From Callorhinchus milii (lineage: Eukaryota): 64,000 nt of DNA. The position numbers and the translations under genes are program-made. Below the pieces are notes generated by a model that had not been told where the DNA came from, made no database searches, and saw only the letters and a list, made by a program, of their open reading frames with translations. Position 1 is the first letter of the stretch. Each line of letters starts with the position of its first letter. Location: assembly GCF_018977255.1 (NCBI RefSeq), contig NW_024704742.1, positions 51,214,001 to 51,278,000 on the forward strand. Direction: 5' to 3'. Shown in pieces: positions 13,097-26,622 of this stretch.

Positions 13097-16084
13097 GTAT
13101 ATTGCAGGTATTGTTCCAATATGGAAACAATAACCACATATGCAAATATATAATTTCCCTGTCTCACTTTTCTTCTCTGGATTCTCCAGAGAAGGTTTGT
13201 GCAAACAATTAGTGTAAATAGCTATTTTTGACGCAGTCTGAGCTCAGCCCATTCCCAGCTTCAGTACTCCTGGCAGCAGTTTGCTGTTTATCTCAATTGC
13301 CAAGAAGTAGCTTCAACTTAGGACTTAAAATATATTATAAAGTGGATTGACTGTATTTTGTAGGTGAAACATTTATATAAATATAAATTTGTATTGTATC
13401 GTAAGCTATATTTCTACATTGCATTTTATTAAATCAGTTCTTACAAAATACATATATAGGATAACATGTCAAATGATGTAGTGAAGATTCAGGAGGCTGC
13501 CTCTGAGTGGGAGAGAAACTACTTCTGATTTATCTGTCCTTATTTTACTATGCTTTAGCATAGAAAAAAATTCCAAATCAGTCTGTTGTGAGACCAATTT
13601 ATCATAATAATATCAAGTAAATAGGAACATTTATTTGAAAAGGGCACAGGCGTTGTGCACTCTGTGATTCAACAACACATCATTACTACATCAGCAGCCA
13701 CTTCTTCACTGCTTCTATTGCATTGTGGAACCAATTTATCATAATAATACCAAATAAATAGGAACATTTATTTGCAAAAGGCATAGAAGCAGCCTGTCAA
13801 TTTTCTGCAGGTTTTGATTTAGTTATGTAAAACTGATATCCCAAACAACTGAGAATTATTCTATCTGTAATAAATTGCATTATTCCTGGCCAGAATTATC
13901 TAGATCACAGCGTCTTTGTTCCAGGATTTACAGTGTCCTACACTTCTCAACAATAAATTGCACTTGCAAACTGCCTTCACTGAGAATGAATGTCTTGACA
14001 TGCTTGGCAAACACAATGGTGAACCCTGAGTAGGAGATTTAAGGATGTTGACAAAAGCCACAGCCAAAGGGATACATTTTCATGCATGTACACCTGAACT
14101 AATCCTGATTTAGGAGGGAAGTCCTTTGAGTCAAGCTCAACCAAACTGAAGATAAAGCCAGACAATACATAGATAAGGTATGTGCCAGGAAAGGGAGTTC
14201 TGGTAATGGTAACACTGCAACATAACAGCAGCTGCAATTCTGAAAGTAGTAAACAAGCAAAATGTCACAGACATCAAACATCTCAAATATATGCTGCTCC
14301 TTATGATTATGCTTTGTCAACTGAAATATACTTTGTCAAATCAAATAAAGAATAAATTGGTGTCTGACACAAGTAGAAAATCATTGTCAAGCTTAATAGT
14401 ATCCAAACGAAACCAATAATTCCAAGTATGCCACATAAACATGGAAATTCCTGAGTCTCTTCCTGGAGCAACGAATCCTGCTTACTGAATTCCAGAGAAT
14501 ATTAGGTGCAGGTTGGCATGATCCAAGGCTTGGGGACGCCAAATTGTGCAATGGAGTCTGCTGGAGTTGAACCAACTAAAAGCACATAGCGTGCCTCTGA
14601 AAGCTCTGTCTGGCAAGACCACCTTACCCATTAGGGCTTGGCTTGTGTAGTTTACAAGAGCTGAGTGGGGAGAATCCTTGCCCCGGGGCACCAGTCTGTC
14701 CATCCTAGACCTACTGATGAGCCAGGCTAGCTGGTTTATCATCATCATCAATGCCTTGGGAGTACTGGGGATCCATCTGAATTGGGATCCTGAATACCAC
14801 AACCAGCACATGTCAACTCAGTTCTGACATTGTGTTGCCAAGCACATCGCCTTACAGGAAGAATAGTTCAAGAATTAAGGAAAACAGATGTCTACCACCA
14901 AATTATTTCTTTCAGCTTTCATATCCCAGCTCTCTGAACATTCACTTAAGACACCATCAACAGTTCAAAAAATGTTAAAGCATTGATTTGTGTAATGTGT
15001 CATGGCACTCAAACAGCACAGCAATCTTGCAAGCAGTGAGCTGTTTACTCTTACAATTTATTCAAATAACGTACAATACGCTCTCAGATGGAGTGTCCCT
15101 TCAGTGGAATGTTTGGCAGTGCAGACATTCATTAGAAAAGTGCAGACGCAACAGAATGCCAAGAGTTACAGTAAACAACCCATGTTATATTCCAGCTTCT
15201 GGAAGCTAATAACTCTACCAATAAGAAATTACTGACGGTAATGCAAAGTCAAAGCCTCAGGACATTCTCACCAGCCATGATAAATTATTTATGCCACCCC
15301 TGTAGAAATATCTAGGATCCCGTGACACAAGCTACTCATACCCGTGGGTTTTAAGACTCGTCAAAATACCCCTTTGATGCACTACCATCAATACAGTATG
15401 ACATATAACAGTGCTATAAAATGCTTATGAAGTTTCATTTCATTAATCAAGAATGCAGATTGATGTTCATAAACTAGTTAATTATAGTACTTTAATTGCA
15501 AATTATGGTTACAAAGGGTAAGAAACAATGGGAAGGATACAGGTATCTCCTATGTTCCATATTATATTTTGGCACCATATCTGGGTGCTGACAGAGAGAG
15601 TATAGCATGGACAGGTGACCTCTTTTATAAAAAACTGGATTGAGAGCTCAGCAGAAAATAAAAACAATAAAAAGAACAACTGGTAATTCAACCAGCAACT
15701 CTACAAGGTTAATTCTGTAGATGTAAGAGAACACGAATCAGGCTTTGGTGACTTTTGATGCTGTCCTCAAAGTGTCAATCACATCCGCCATACACCAGCT
15801 TTCAAAGATATACCACCTACACATCCTTCTACGCAGTCAGAAATTGTCCTTCATAGGGCCACTCCTATTTCCTTCACTAATTTTGCCTGTATCATTTGGG
15901 GCACCACGGATTCCATGACAACTGCTACCACTCTCCTTTCCAAGTCCATTTCACCCACCCACATAAGGCTTATTATTTAAAGATCCCAATTAAAAGATAA
16001 CTCTGTGGAATCAGGTTCTTTTATTTGTTTTCATTTTTCCCCATCTGTTCAGTTTATTTGCTGGTTACTCTATCATTGATGGAT

Positions 16085-16475
16085 TTTGACCCCTCCTTTT
16101 TCTTGTCTATATGCACCCTCTTGGTGATATCATCCACAAAGAGAATGTTAACTTTCACATGTATGCAGTGACACACAAATCTATTATTCCCCGTCTCCCT
16201 TTGATTTCTGGTCCACCTGGTTCTGTTCACCTTCCTATCAGACATCAAGGAACTGGATAAGCCTCATTTTCTTGCAGCTCAACATGGTCAAGACCAAGAC
16301 CACCCTCCCCGGCTCCTACCAATGTATCCTCTTTTCCAGCTCTGACTTCAATATCCCTGACCTCTCCCTCTAAACTCAGTGAACCAGTGCACAACCTTGG
16401 TGTTTGCTTTGATCTTCAGCTCTATTTCCTCCCTTGCATTCAGATCCTGGTCAAGATTACTTTTCTTTATCTTCT
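16085..16475 (+). mobile_element. Old L2 RT fragment next to the FRYL exon donor
   Basis: ccctcctttttcttgtctatatgcaccctcttggtgatatcatcc..aactttcacatgtatgcagtgacacacaaatcta (..YMHPLGDII..NFHMYA.DTQIY..), matching the L2 copy at 31100-32195. Confidence 0.75.
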
Positions 16476-16506
16476 TTTAGGAAAGTAACAGTATAAGTTT
16501 ACTCAC

Positions 16507-16706
16507 CAGTGGTTCAGCCATCACAACTTCAATCTTCTTCTCCGCCTGGACTGTGAATTCAGCCAAGAGACTCTTGATGACATACTCCCCAGGTTTGATG
16601 TCTGGGTCAATGGTAACGTTTGACATGATGACACTTTTCTTCTCCCAGATGGGATGAGTGCCTGTAGAAATACGGCGCCTACTCACACTGCTGACTGGTG
16701 CCGACG
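16507..16706 (-). CDS. FRYL: FRYL coding exon (200 nt), contains the commonly annotated start MSNVTIDPD (ATG at 16624-16626)
   Basis: Acceptor cttttctttctcttcccttgtag|CG, donor CTG|gtgagt. [40 protein letters not shown] is much closer to recalled FRYL ([40 protein letters not shown]) than to FRY. The 80 nt upstream of the ATG are open in the same frame. Confidence 0.96.
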
Positions 16707-17959
16707 CTACAAGGGAAGAGAAAGAAAAGTGATTCCTTATGACTGATCAACAGAAAATGAGCAACACAATTCGGTGAGTTTGTCTTAAAAGCAGGAATGG
16801 CAGTCACAATCATTAGCCAGGTGAATCCGTTTGACAAGGTAGATGTACTTTTCATTAAAAGCCATAATATATATCCTAGCATCATGACTTAATCACTCTT
16901 ATTCACGTACAAAATAAGCTGAAATGTTCAGACACCCGACTGACCAAATAAAATTAATACAATACTGAATGCTAATAAAGCATTACTTATTGTTCAGCCA
17001 AGTCAAATTAGCTCATAATACTAACAATTTTGAAATGCTTACTATGTGGGAATGAAAGGTTTGCAGGAGCGAGCTGTAGCGCTCAGCTTAGAAGCAGTAA
17101 TTTCCTACTTAATTTCAGTTGGATTCACATCTTGCTTTAAAAATGTGGGAATCTATATTGGAAATGACAGACCGTCTCACGTTCCAAAATAGAACTAGAC
17201 TTTGGGTATTGCTCTGGGAAGCCAAGTTTACCATATATTAAAAATTTGTGAATACTAAGTCTGGATAACACGTAGTACATGTAGTGAATAATGAACATAG
17301 CTTTACAATTTTAACTTTTTTGTTCGAAGATCACGTTTTCAGTTAAGGAATGGTTTACGGGTCTTTCCATTATTGTATTAAAAAAGTCAAAATGCAAAGT
17401 TGATATAGGCTGTGGATATTTTAAAAACTGACCTGGGAATTCAGGAAAATTGTTACAATTCCAGTAATATGATTAAAAAGCTTTCTGAAAAAAATTGAAG
17501 CGCTTGATGCATCTCACAATTTGTTGAGTAAGTTGTCATCTTCAAAGTTTAAGGCTATCTGTCATTTGGGGTTTTTATAATACTGTACAGTGTGCTCACA
17601 AGTCGTTCTCATCAATTCTGCAACAAATTTCAATCATAACACTTGGTGGAGCAGGAAATGTCTGTCCAGTGATTATATTGTTGCTAGGGGCAGCGTAAAG
17701 TGTTTTGGCAAATTAAGGGAATGGTAAAACAACATAATTGGCTCATCAGCAATTCATGGGTTCAAAAGGCAAGGCTTTCGATGCCACAGTAGATTAGCAG
17801 ATTCTCACACCCACAGGAGGTGCCAGACAATTCCATTTGACTCAGCTAACCCCTTCCTCCCACTGAACTCTCAGCAACCATTACATTAATTTCATAGCAG
17901 AACTTTTTAATAGTTTATTGTGTACTACTTCACTTCCCTCGCATTGTTTTACTGATATT

Positions 17960-18323
17960 AGTTCCACGGGTACGAGCTTCCCTCTCGTACCTCAACCAAG
18001 TTATCACTCGTCGCTTATGAGCCAAAAGTTTTGATAGGTTTATGAGGGGGAAAGGTAACCAGAGGGCATCACAGCCAGAAATGATCCAGTAATCAACTGG
18101 CATCCTCACATGCTAACCAGTGGGTATTCAACAGTTAGCAGGAATCTACTCTGACTGATATTCTCTCCCCTCCTTAGCTCGCTGGCATTGGTCTCAAGTG
18201 CTGCACTCTCCACTGTCAAGGCTGAAAGATTACTTTAACACAGCACATTACTGATCAAACATGGGATTCTTGATCTGTATTGCTTAGAACCACTCAGGTT
18301 ACCCACTCAGCCATTGGGAAAGC
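17960..18323 (-). mobile_element. Ancient SINE, tentatively AmnSINE2-like
   Basis: Minus strand: cccaatggctgagtgggtaa..atacagatcaagaatccc..gctaaggaggggagagaatatcagtcag..ggctgtgatgccctc..cttggttgaggtac..cccgtggaac. Resembles my recollection of the AmnSINE2 consensus; a related 3' fragment is at about 42241-42375 (+). Confidence 0.5.
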
Positions 18324-18800
18324 AAGGATATCTCAACTTAGTGTTATCAACTGGAGGAACTTAAAAATCGCAGAGTTTAAAAAGAAATATAGAAATTTAA
18401 GTTGAAACACTGTGTCAACAATATTTGTTTCTACAGCAGCAGATCACTAAAATGGTGATATTTTATCTAAATTTAATTATGCAATGGAAATGGTATGGTT
18501 CCAATGCTAAGTTTGACTGACATCAGTCTTATTAAAGTTTAGTGTTTTAGTGCAGTAGCAATTTCCACAATTTCAGTCTTTATCTAACTAGTCAAGATGT
18601 CAAGCAAAATATTTCAGCAACTCTGGTGACAAATTCAGTGGACTAAGATACTTTTATGAGATTGGCCAAATCTTAGAAAAGTATCTTAACCCATTGTATT
18701 TATCACCAGCAGCTTGCAAGTTCAAAAAGGCAATGTTTTTGATACCAAAGCAGATCAACGGAGTACCACACAGCTTTGAAGAGATATATAATAAATATAC

Positions 18801-19101
18801 AATAATGCTTGCAGTTAATATAGCGCTTTTCACGTCTTCTAGACGTCTCAAAATGCTTCATAGAATATACTGTAAAGTGAATTGATTGTATATTTGTAGG
18901 CGAAACATGGCAGCCAATTGCGCAGAGCAGTGTACCACAGCAGTCGTGGATTGAAAGGATCAATTTTTTTTTTTTTGAGGGATTATTATCAGGCGTGTGG
19001 AGTAAGGAAACTTGCCCAAGGTTTTGCCCGGCCGAGAATTGAACGAACCCAAGTCTCTTGCTTGCGAGGCGAGTGCTCTAACCACTGAGCTACAGGACTC
19101 C
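18801..19101 (-). mobile_element. tRNA-derived SINE, near full length
   Basis: Minus strand: A box TAGCTCAGTGG, B-box-like GGTTCGTTCAATTC, body gcaagtttccttactccacacgcc, tail tttgagacgtctagaagacgtgaaaagcgctatattaactgcaagcattatt. Confidence 0.9.
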
Positions 19102-20129
19102 ACACAAAGAGTCCTGTAGCTCAGTGTAGCTCAGAGATCCAAACAAAGTCTTGCTATCTGAAAAATGTGAAAATGAGTCATCAGCATTCCCTCCCCCAAA
19201 ACAAAATGTTTTACAAATACTTCAGACATAATGCGTCAATCACATCTATCGAATGGGCAGTTTACATTATTTTACCATAGCCAATTAATTTTACAGTATA
19301 TCCCGTGCAGCGCTTTGAGATAGCCCGAAGACGCGATGAGGCGCAATGTCAAATTCAAGGATTATTATTATTTTGATAGATACCTTAAAACCAAGGCTAT
19401 TCTGAGAAATTAATTCTCCAATAGGGCACAGTGCGAACCATAGCTCAGTGGTGCCCTAAAGCACAAGTAGAATATCTATTCTTCGCCTGCAGTTTTGACA
19501 TCTCAGCAAGGCCATCAGAGAAACTAGCCATAAATAAGGCACTTCCCCAAAGAACAGAAGGGAAAATAAATCAGAAAGTAGTGAAGCAAGCAAATCTACC
19601 TCTCCGCACCTCCCAGCAGCTGGTTACAGAGAGCTACAAGTAGACACTTGCAATGGAATGTCGGCTGCCTTATAAACTGCTAAACAATGCAGAGGAAGTG
19701 AGATAACATTTAAAGGAAGAAAAATGCGCAGTTTGAAATAAACAGGAAAATATACAATGTTCACTGGCTCAGAGGGCCAAAGATGCAGTTGGAATGTTTA
19801 AAAGGAATTTAGATACTGTTCTTAGCAAATATTAAGGGTTATGTAAAAAGGTAGGGAAAGTGGGGTTAAAAATTCTACCACAATCTAATAATATGGCATA
19901 CAGGTTAGAAGGGTCCTTATGATTTGTATTCCTGGGTGAGGTCTAACTATCTTCAATTAAATGTCATCAAGACCGAGGCTCTCTTGCTTTACTTCCATTA
20001 ACGCCTCAATACCTGAGGTGCTGACTGCATCAACCTGCACGATGATCACTCCACCTCACACAGCTGAAGCGAAAGATTGGTGTCCTATTCAACCTCCAAC
20101 TGCTTTTCAGCCCTATATGGCTTTCACTC

Positions 20130-20876
20130 ATTCACCTTTCCCTCACCTAAACAAAATCACCCACTTCTGGCACCACCTCTCTACCCCTCCCTCCTTTCTC
20201 GAGCCACCGTCCAGGCTCCATTCCTCCTGCACACACTGCTTTCCAGAATTCCACAATTCTGCAGCCCATTATCCTCTCCATACCGGCTCCACGGGCCCAC
20301 AGCCCCATCATCGCTCAGCTCCCCTGGCTCTCCATCCCCCAGTGCATTAAATTCAAGATCCTCATCCTTAATTTTAAATATTCCATGGCCTCATCCTTCC
20401 TCTGCGACCTCAGTTTCATACCATCATGTTGTATGACTCCATTGTCTCCCTATCCTTGAGAGGATCCAGTTCAAAATCCTGGTCCTCACCTACAAAGCCC
20501 TCAATGGCCTCGCCCCACCCTATCTCTGTGACCTCCTAACCCCCTACCTATCCGCCCGCTCCCTCCACTCAGCCGGCTCTGGCCTGCTCCATGTCCCCCG
20601 ACCCACCCGCCCCACCATTGGCGGGAGAGCCTTCAAGCCACTCTGCCCCCAACCTCTGGAACTCCATCCCCCAATCACTCTGCCTCACCCCCTCCTCAGC
20701 CTCCTTCAAGTCCCGCCTCAAGTCCCTCCTCTTCGACCATGCCATCGTCCACCACCTTTTCCCTCCCTTCTCCCTCCCTGACCCCAGCTCGGGTCTGAAA
20801 TGCTGTACACTGTCCAGCACCTTGGGACGTCCTCCCAACATGAAAGGCGCTATCCAAATGTAATCTTGTTGTTGTA
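20130..20876 (+). mobile_element. L2 LINE 3' ends (an older fragment at about 20130-20400 followed by a GC-rich younger one)
   Basis: RLHWLSI..KFKILIL and RIQFKILVLTYKALNGLAPPYLCDLL..APNLWNSIPQSL..FKSRLKSLLF, ending tgaaaggcgctatccaaatgtaatcttgttgttg. Confidence 0.88.
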
Positions 20877-21384
20877 TAAAGTGTTTGCTACTAACATTTT
20901 TTGATTCAAATATGCCCCATCCTGATTTCAGCTATAGATTTTTGCTCTTTGTCTGGGAAATTGTGGGAACGAATCATTCTATCAGTCATTCGAGTACAAT
21001 AATACAAGGTGTCAGGAGATGCCAGGTTTTTGTAATAAGTTCGAACAAAGACCCTCACATGTTACAGTGAACTGGAAGTCTGGCTGACGGCCAATCCTAT
21101 GAAGTCATACAAAAAAGATTTGGAGAGAACACGCAACTCCAGCAAAAAGCACAAGGTCCATCTTGCCACTGCAAGATGCCTTTAGCTGCACAAACAGAAG
21201 CCTAACATCATGAACACATTTTATAACAGAATTTACATCTTAAGTTGATCAATGAGCATCTTGCATGCAACCCATTTAATTAGTTTATTTTACTTGCTGA
21301 AAATTTTATAAATTTTCCCTCAAATTAAGATATGTGAATGCCTTTCTTTGTCCACTTTAGAGTCAAAATGTAAGTGGAAAATTA

Positions 21385-21560
21385 AACAACAACAAATTGC
21401 ATTCATACAGCACCTTTTCTTCATAGGGAGGATGTCCCAAGCCATTGGACAGTCAAGGGTTTAGACTCGAGTTGGAAGTTGCATTGGGAGGGCTTGAGGA
21501 GATGACCAAAAGCACAGACTAAAGGTAGGTCTTCAGAGTTTGAAGGAGGTGAGGGTTACT
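21385..21560 (-). mobile_element. L2 3' tail fragment
   Basis: aacaacaacaaattgcattcatacagcacctttt..ggatgtcccaag, the reverse complement of the L2 tail. Confidence 0.65.
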
Positions 21561-22210
21561 TTATAAAACCTAAGTCGTAGCTAGATATGAGGCCCATTTC
21601 TTGTTATTCCATTGAAAATTGTCAATACAACAACTTATATTTCTATAGTCACCTTCACGCGGTGTAGTGTTTGATGAACAGTACTTGGGACAGTTCTTTC
21701 TGCCATTCTTTGACCTTAGCACGAATTAAGGTTTTATAGTACTATTCTCTGTAGATAATCCTAATATACACATTTATGATTCTACCCCCACTTATAAAAG
21801 CAAGGATTATATAGTATCTAGGATTACTTCTATAGTTCTGGCTGCCAAACAGATGGTGCGCAACCGTTTTATTACATGTGTTTATTACCTACTGCACCTC
21901 GTCCTCATTATTCTTTGAATATAATTCAGCCTTCACATGCAAATAAACAAGACCATTTCAATGAAGGGGAAGTAGAGGGGAGTAACCAAAGAAACAGTCT
22001 CTTTAAGAATTTAATTGCATATGTGTGTCCCATCCCGTCCTGCCCCTATCCACCCCCCAGCGCACCACCCCCGCCCCCCCCACCCCGATTCCACGATAAA
22101 TTTGCTGACGTTCATCCTTGGGAATTACTTCAGATGTCAGTTTTGCTCCACCTCCAGCTAATACTATAAGTTCCTTCTGAAATCTCACCATTAACTCACA
22201 AACAACTACC

Positions 22211-22611
22211 TTAATAATAATCCTTACAATTGTCAATGGGAAATGTCTCAAACCACTTCATAGGATATACTGTGAAGTGTGGTACCTGTATTTTGGAGGC
22301 GAATGCAGCAGCTATGTCCTACGTCATAGAGTTAGTGACCAATTTTATTTGGGGGATTATTAGTTAGGACACTTGGAGTAACCCCTTTCTCGTATCGAAT
22401 AGTGCCACGAGATCTTTAACATCCACCTGAAAAGCTAGATGGGGCCTCGGTTTAACATCTCATCCGAAGTACGATACCTCCAACAATGCAGCACACACAC
22501 CCGTCGCACTGCAATGGTGCATCAGCCTAAACTTCGAAGTTCAAAATCGCAATGTGGGGATTGAACCCACAACCTGACTCGAGAGGTAAGATTGCTACCA
22601 ACAGTACCAAC
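22211..22611 (-). mobile_element. DeuSINE-type SINE
   Basis: tcgaatagtgccacgagatctttaacatccacctga..ggggcctcggtttaacatctcatccgaa..gattgaacccacaacctgactc is the reverse complement of the 12681-13096 core. Confidence 0.78.
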
Positions 22612-23051
22612 TAAAAATCCGTAAAAGAAATACAAAGTAGTATTGCAAGGCTGAGAAAAAAACACACTAAAAGAAAATACAAAGCTCTTAATCGAGTGGA
22701 GAAGCAAAGAAAACTAGTAACACAAGTAGATAAATCTTTAAAAATGGCAAAAACTTGCTGCACACCAGCAATCTGCTTCCCAAAGAACTGATTTTCTACT
22801 ATGGTTAACCAAACATTTATCGTGAAAATCCCAGCAAATCAACGGATAGAGAGATCAAATTAAGGAGATTGAGAAATGATCAACAAACACTGAATTCAAA
22901 CTGTGATTCCGTCAAAAGATTCCATGGAAGACAGTTTGGATGTTGATCCAATTGAACAAAAAATTTTCTTCAATCTAAAATAAGCCCCAGAGGTTTAAAT
23001 GTAGCTTATATCAATGATCCATTCAAACAGAATATGAATATATTTATCATT

Positions 23052-23270
23052 TAACAACTTGCATTTATGTAGTGCCCTTCACGGGATAACATCTTAAGAG
23101 TGTTTCACAACGACTGTGTTGGACACCGAGCAAGTGAGAGGGGAAGGGAGATGACTATTGGCACACTCGAAGGAGTAGGTCTGTAGCCTGGATTTAAAAC
23201 CAAAGAGAGACTTGAGGTGAGGTGGAGGGGAAGTGGGAACAAGTTCCAGAAGGAATTTAGGGGTAACATA
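23052..23270 (-). mobile_element. L2 3' tail fragment
   Basis: aacaacttgcatttatgtagtgcccttcacg; minus-strand ORFs contain FWNLFP and FKSRLQTYSF. Confidence 0.7.
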
Positions 23271-26200
23271 GGGATACTGTGTATTGCATAATGTGTGTAA
23301 TTGCCCACAAAACACAGTCACTGAACTTTACAGCCTGTACTGTGCTTTGGGACATCCAACGTGAGAGGTGGTACACTAAATATAAGAATTATTATTTTCC
23401 AACCAAAACAGGGCCCTAATGTAAAAAGGCGGCCCATAAAATTAAAACTGATAAATCATCAAGCATTAACTGCTTTTTAAAAAGCCTGCAATCATTTTTT
23501 TTTAAATCTTTGGATACCAATGCTAAACACACTCTTTAAAGTTTTAAAAAAAGACCAATATTGCTACAATATAACAAATTTCTACAATCATGGGCAAAGT
23601 AATTGTACTAAGGCCATAATTTAAAGCATTCAAGCACAACTATAGATTCTATATTATTTCAGACATTAGCAATCTTGTTACATGGAAACTGAAAGTACGA
23701 GAACAATGAAGCACTTGCTCACCCATTTGGAGTCAATAATCCTATGTATGTTCACAAATATTCTTATCTAGCCAAACAAATTTTACTTCCAGCTTTGTGC
23801 AGCCTTTTGCACGTTCACAAAATGCAACTAAAGTGGACAAGCACCACAAGCCTAAAGTCTATACAACATGGACACCAGTAATGTTTTTTCCTCCAGTAAC
23901 AAACTTACATTAGTCACTTATCAGGAAAACAATTAACAAATGACCCAAAGGCGATCCACTTTCAACTTTATTACTGAGTCGTACCCTTTTCAATCATAAA
24001 ATCCACTTCCTGCATCTGACATAACCACGTAAATGCAGAACGGAAATTGAATGTCTCCACCCTTGTAACAAACCAGAAACATAATCCCTCGCAAGCAAGA
24101 CACACTTACCACCTGTGAATCTATATCTGACTGACAATGGGTAAACAGTGCCAATTACTTCTGCCTCTACTAATTTAAACACCTATCAGTAAGTTTTTTT
24201 TAAAAAATAGTTTTTTTTTAAACTATTTTAAAAAATTAAAAAAAATAGTTTCATACTTGAATAACTCTTGGAACACAATGATCCAACGGTACTCATTTTT
24301 ATTTACCTGTAAATGCACGTTTTAACTTGCAACACCACAAAAATCTGGTGTGCAGTGAATGGCAGAAAATGGGATTAGAGCGGATGGCTCCATCAGTATA
24401 TCCTTCTGTGTCTTAAACATCCTATGATTCTATCATAGTCCACTTTCAAATTTTCTCTAACACTTTCAAATTTTACCTCTGAAGACTTTAATTTATGCCA
24501 TTGATTGTTTTCATAGTTGGTATAGTATCACTGAAAATGAGGCAAGGGAACCATCTTATAACTTGCTTTTATATAGCCCCCTTTATGTAGGATAGCATCT
24601 CAGGGAGATTTACAGTGACGGGGGTTGGACTCTGAGCAAGGGAGAAGGCGGAGGAGAAAGTGACATATTTAATACCCCTCATTATAGTGCTACCTTGTTT
24701 CTAAGATGAGTAGGTAATGGACATTTTGTGACATAAAAATCGATTATCACACAAATCCTGCTGAGTCGGTCGGTCAAGTTAGATTGTGCATCATAAGAAT
24801 GCAAACCTTACCAACTTGCGGAAATTTTGTGATATTGTGTCTCACTGAACCTATCCCACTTACCCTAGTGATGCCATAACCCAAAACTCTACAACAGCTG
24901 GTTTGTTCCTTCACTTGAAATTGTTGTGTTTTACCAGGGTTTCCCTGTTCTGTGAAATTTGGACCCAAGCTAAAATGACTTATCCAGCAAAGATGCCAAA
25001 AAACATTAATTTTACAAATCTGAGTACCCTCGCTATATACGTTTGTCATAAAAAGGGGCAAATGTTAATAAAATATAAATTATCTTCTGGCCAGCAGAGG
25101 GAGCTATATTTACTTGCTCATCGTTACATTCCAATAACAAAAATATCTGGATCGGGATTGTAGAAAGTGTGTGACTCAGCAAATTAACATCAAAAAGGAA
25201 TGGACTGCTCACAAATCCCGCTCTCCTGAAGTTGGTTTTGGAAGCGCTTCAGCAATAAATGCTCATCTCTCTACAAAACAGGGATTGGACCCTGGATATT
25301 TAAGCATGTATAGCATTCACGAATCTGGACTCAAGGCAAAACTTTCCAGAAATTGCCCTCCCAAGCCATAGAATTTCCATATTAGCTATCAACAGATATC
25401 TCCCTTTAGCATGTAGAATGGCTTATTTTGTTAACTTGTCACCTTCTGCTTGATCCAGATCCATGGGGTCACGGCAAAGAGACATGCCCATCATGAAGCT
25501 GACCCCCTCTAGTCTATTGAGCAACAGATCAATGTAGGCTGAAACCCTCCTTGCAGACAATTCCCAGTCATCTAATCCTCTTTCAAATCATCCAAAAATG
25601 CCCTTAAAGTGACACAGTTCTACAGTGTTAACAGTGAAGTCAGTTGATAAATGCAAACAGGAAAAGTGGGAGCCACGTTCATTATACAAAGAGTAACAAG
25701 CTAACAAGCTCTCAAAATCCTCACATGATGCGGGAAGCATTTCATCAACAAAGCTGAAACAATGAGACACATATTTAACAGCCCACACTGTTCTCAGTAT
25801 CTGTAGGTTTGGGAATTTATATTTGATGTACACATCATTGAAAAGTGGTGTAATTCAGATTTGTTTCAAACAAAGGACGATACTAGAAAAAGGATGCATA
25901 CATACTTCCTGCTGATTGAAAACCACACCGAGGCCAAACTCAACACTAATGGTGAAGTGCACCAGTTGCTCAGATGCTTGTCCATTGATCTAGTCTCAAA
26001 AGCCATTTGTGGCTCGTAGACTGGGTACGTCTAAAATAGGAGGAATTCATAACCATGCTGACAGCCTCCAAACCGAATTACCAAGAGCTCCACATATGTG
26101 TGGTTTCCAGTTCATCTGTTAAGGACTGCACACTCTCTTCCTTTAGCTAAGTACCCTAATCCCAGAGAATGTTGGTACAGGTTGACAAGATCAAGGCATA

Positions 26201-26381
26201 GGGGGACCTATCCCTGAAGCAATGGCTTACTGCTGGAGTTTAATGTCATTGAACATTGGTAAACTGCCTACTGGAACTACTTAATTGTTCGGCCTTTGAC
26301 AGTCAGGGTTATCAGGAATTAAATGGGAAGAATATATATATATATGTGTTATATTACAATTGTTTTGGCCAGCTGGGTAAC

Positions 26382-26622
26382 TGACATGCAGAAACACATA
26401 TCTATGCTTATCCAAACCAGACAGTTTCTTACATGTATGCCACCTACACATCCTACACATGGGAATTTCCCATGTCTGGAATGGAACGTGCACTGTCTCC
26501 CTGGAGGGACTCACCTTGCTTACTTAACTCTGGAGATTATTAGACATAGATTGGTAATAGCAAAGGCTAAGGGAACCTTTGGAGTGGCTGGACCTTAACC
26601 AGCTACAACAGTACAGCTCACC
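26382..26622 (+). repeat. Unclassified interspersed repeat, copy 1 (inverted copy at 36451-36704)
   Basis: Shared blocks tgacatgcaga, aaaccaga, tgtatgc, atgtctgga, tgcac..ctccctggagggac, gattattag, ttaaccagctacaac, agctc in the same order on the opposite strand of copy 2. Confidence 0.7.

Noticed and set aside
16477..16686. ORF-track call as a stand-alone 69-aa protein
   Set aside because: It is an internal FRYL exon. The listed start is a GTG and the last residues (VSKLILLLS) read through the gtgagt donor.
19030..19101. tRNA gene-like sequence with A and B boxes (also about 10500-10546 and 29773-29845)
   Set aside because: It continues into a SINE body and tail, recurs in diverged copies and lacks a clean cloverleaf; it is a SINE head.
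22053..22086. C-rich tract, G-quadruplex-capable on the FRYL sense strand
   Set aside because: Simple low-complexity run with no supporting context.
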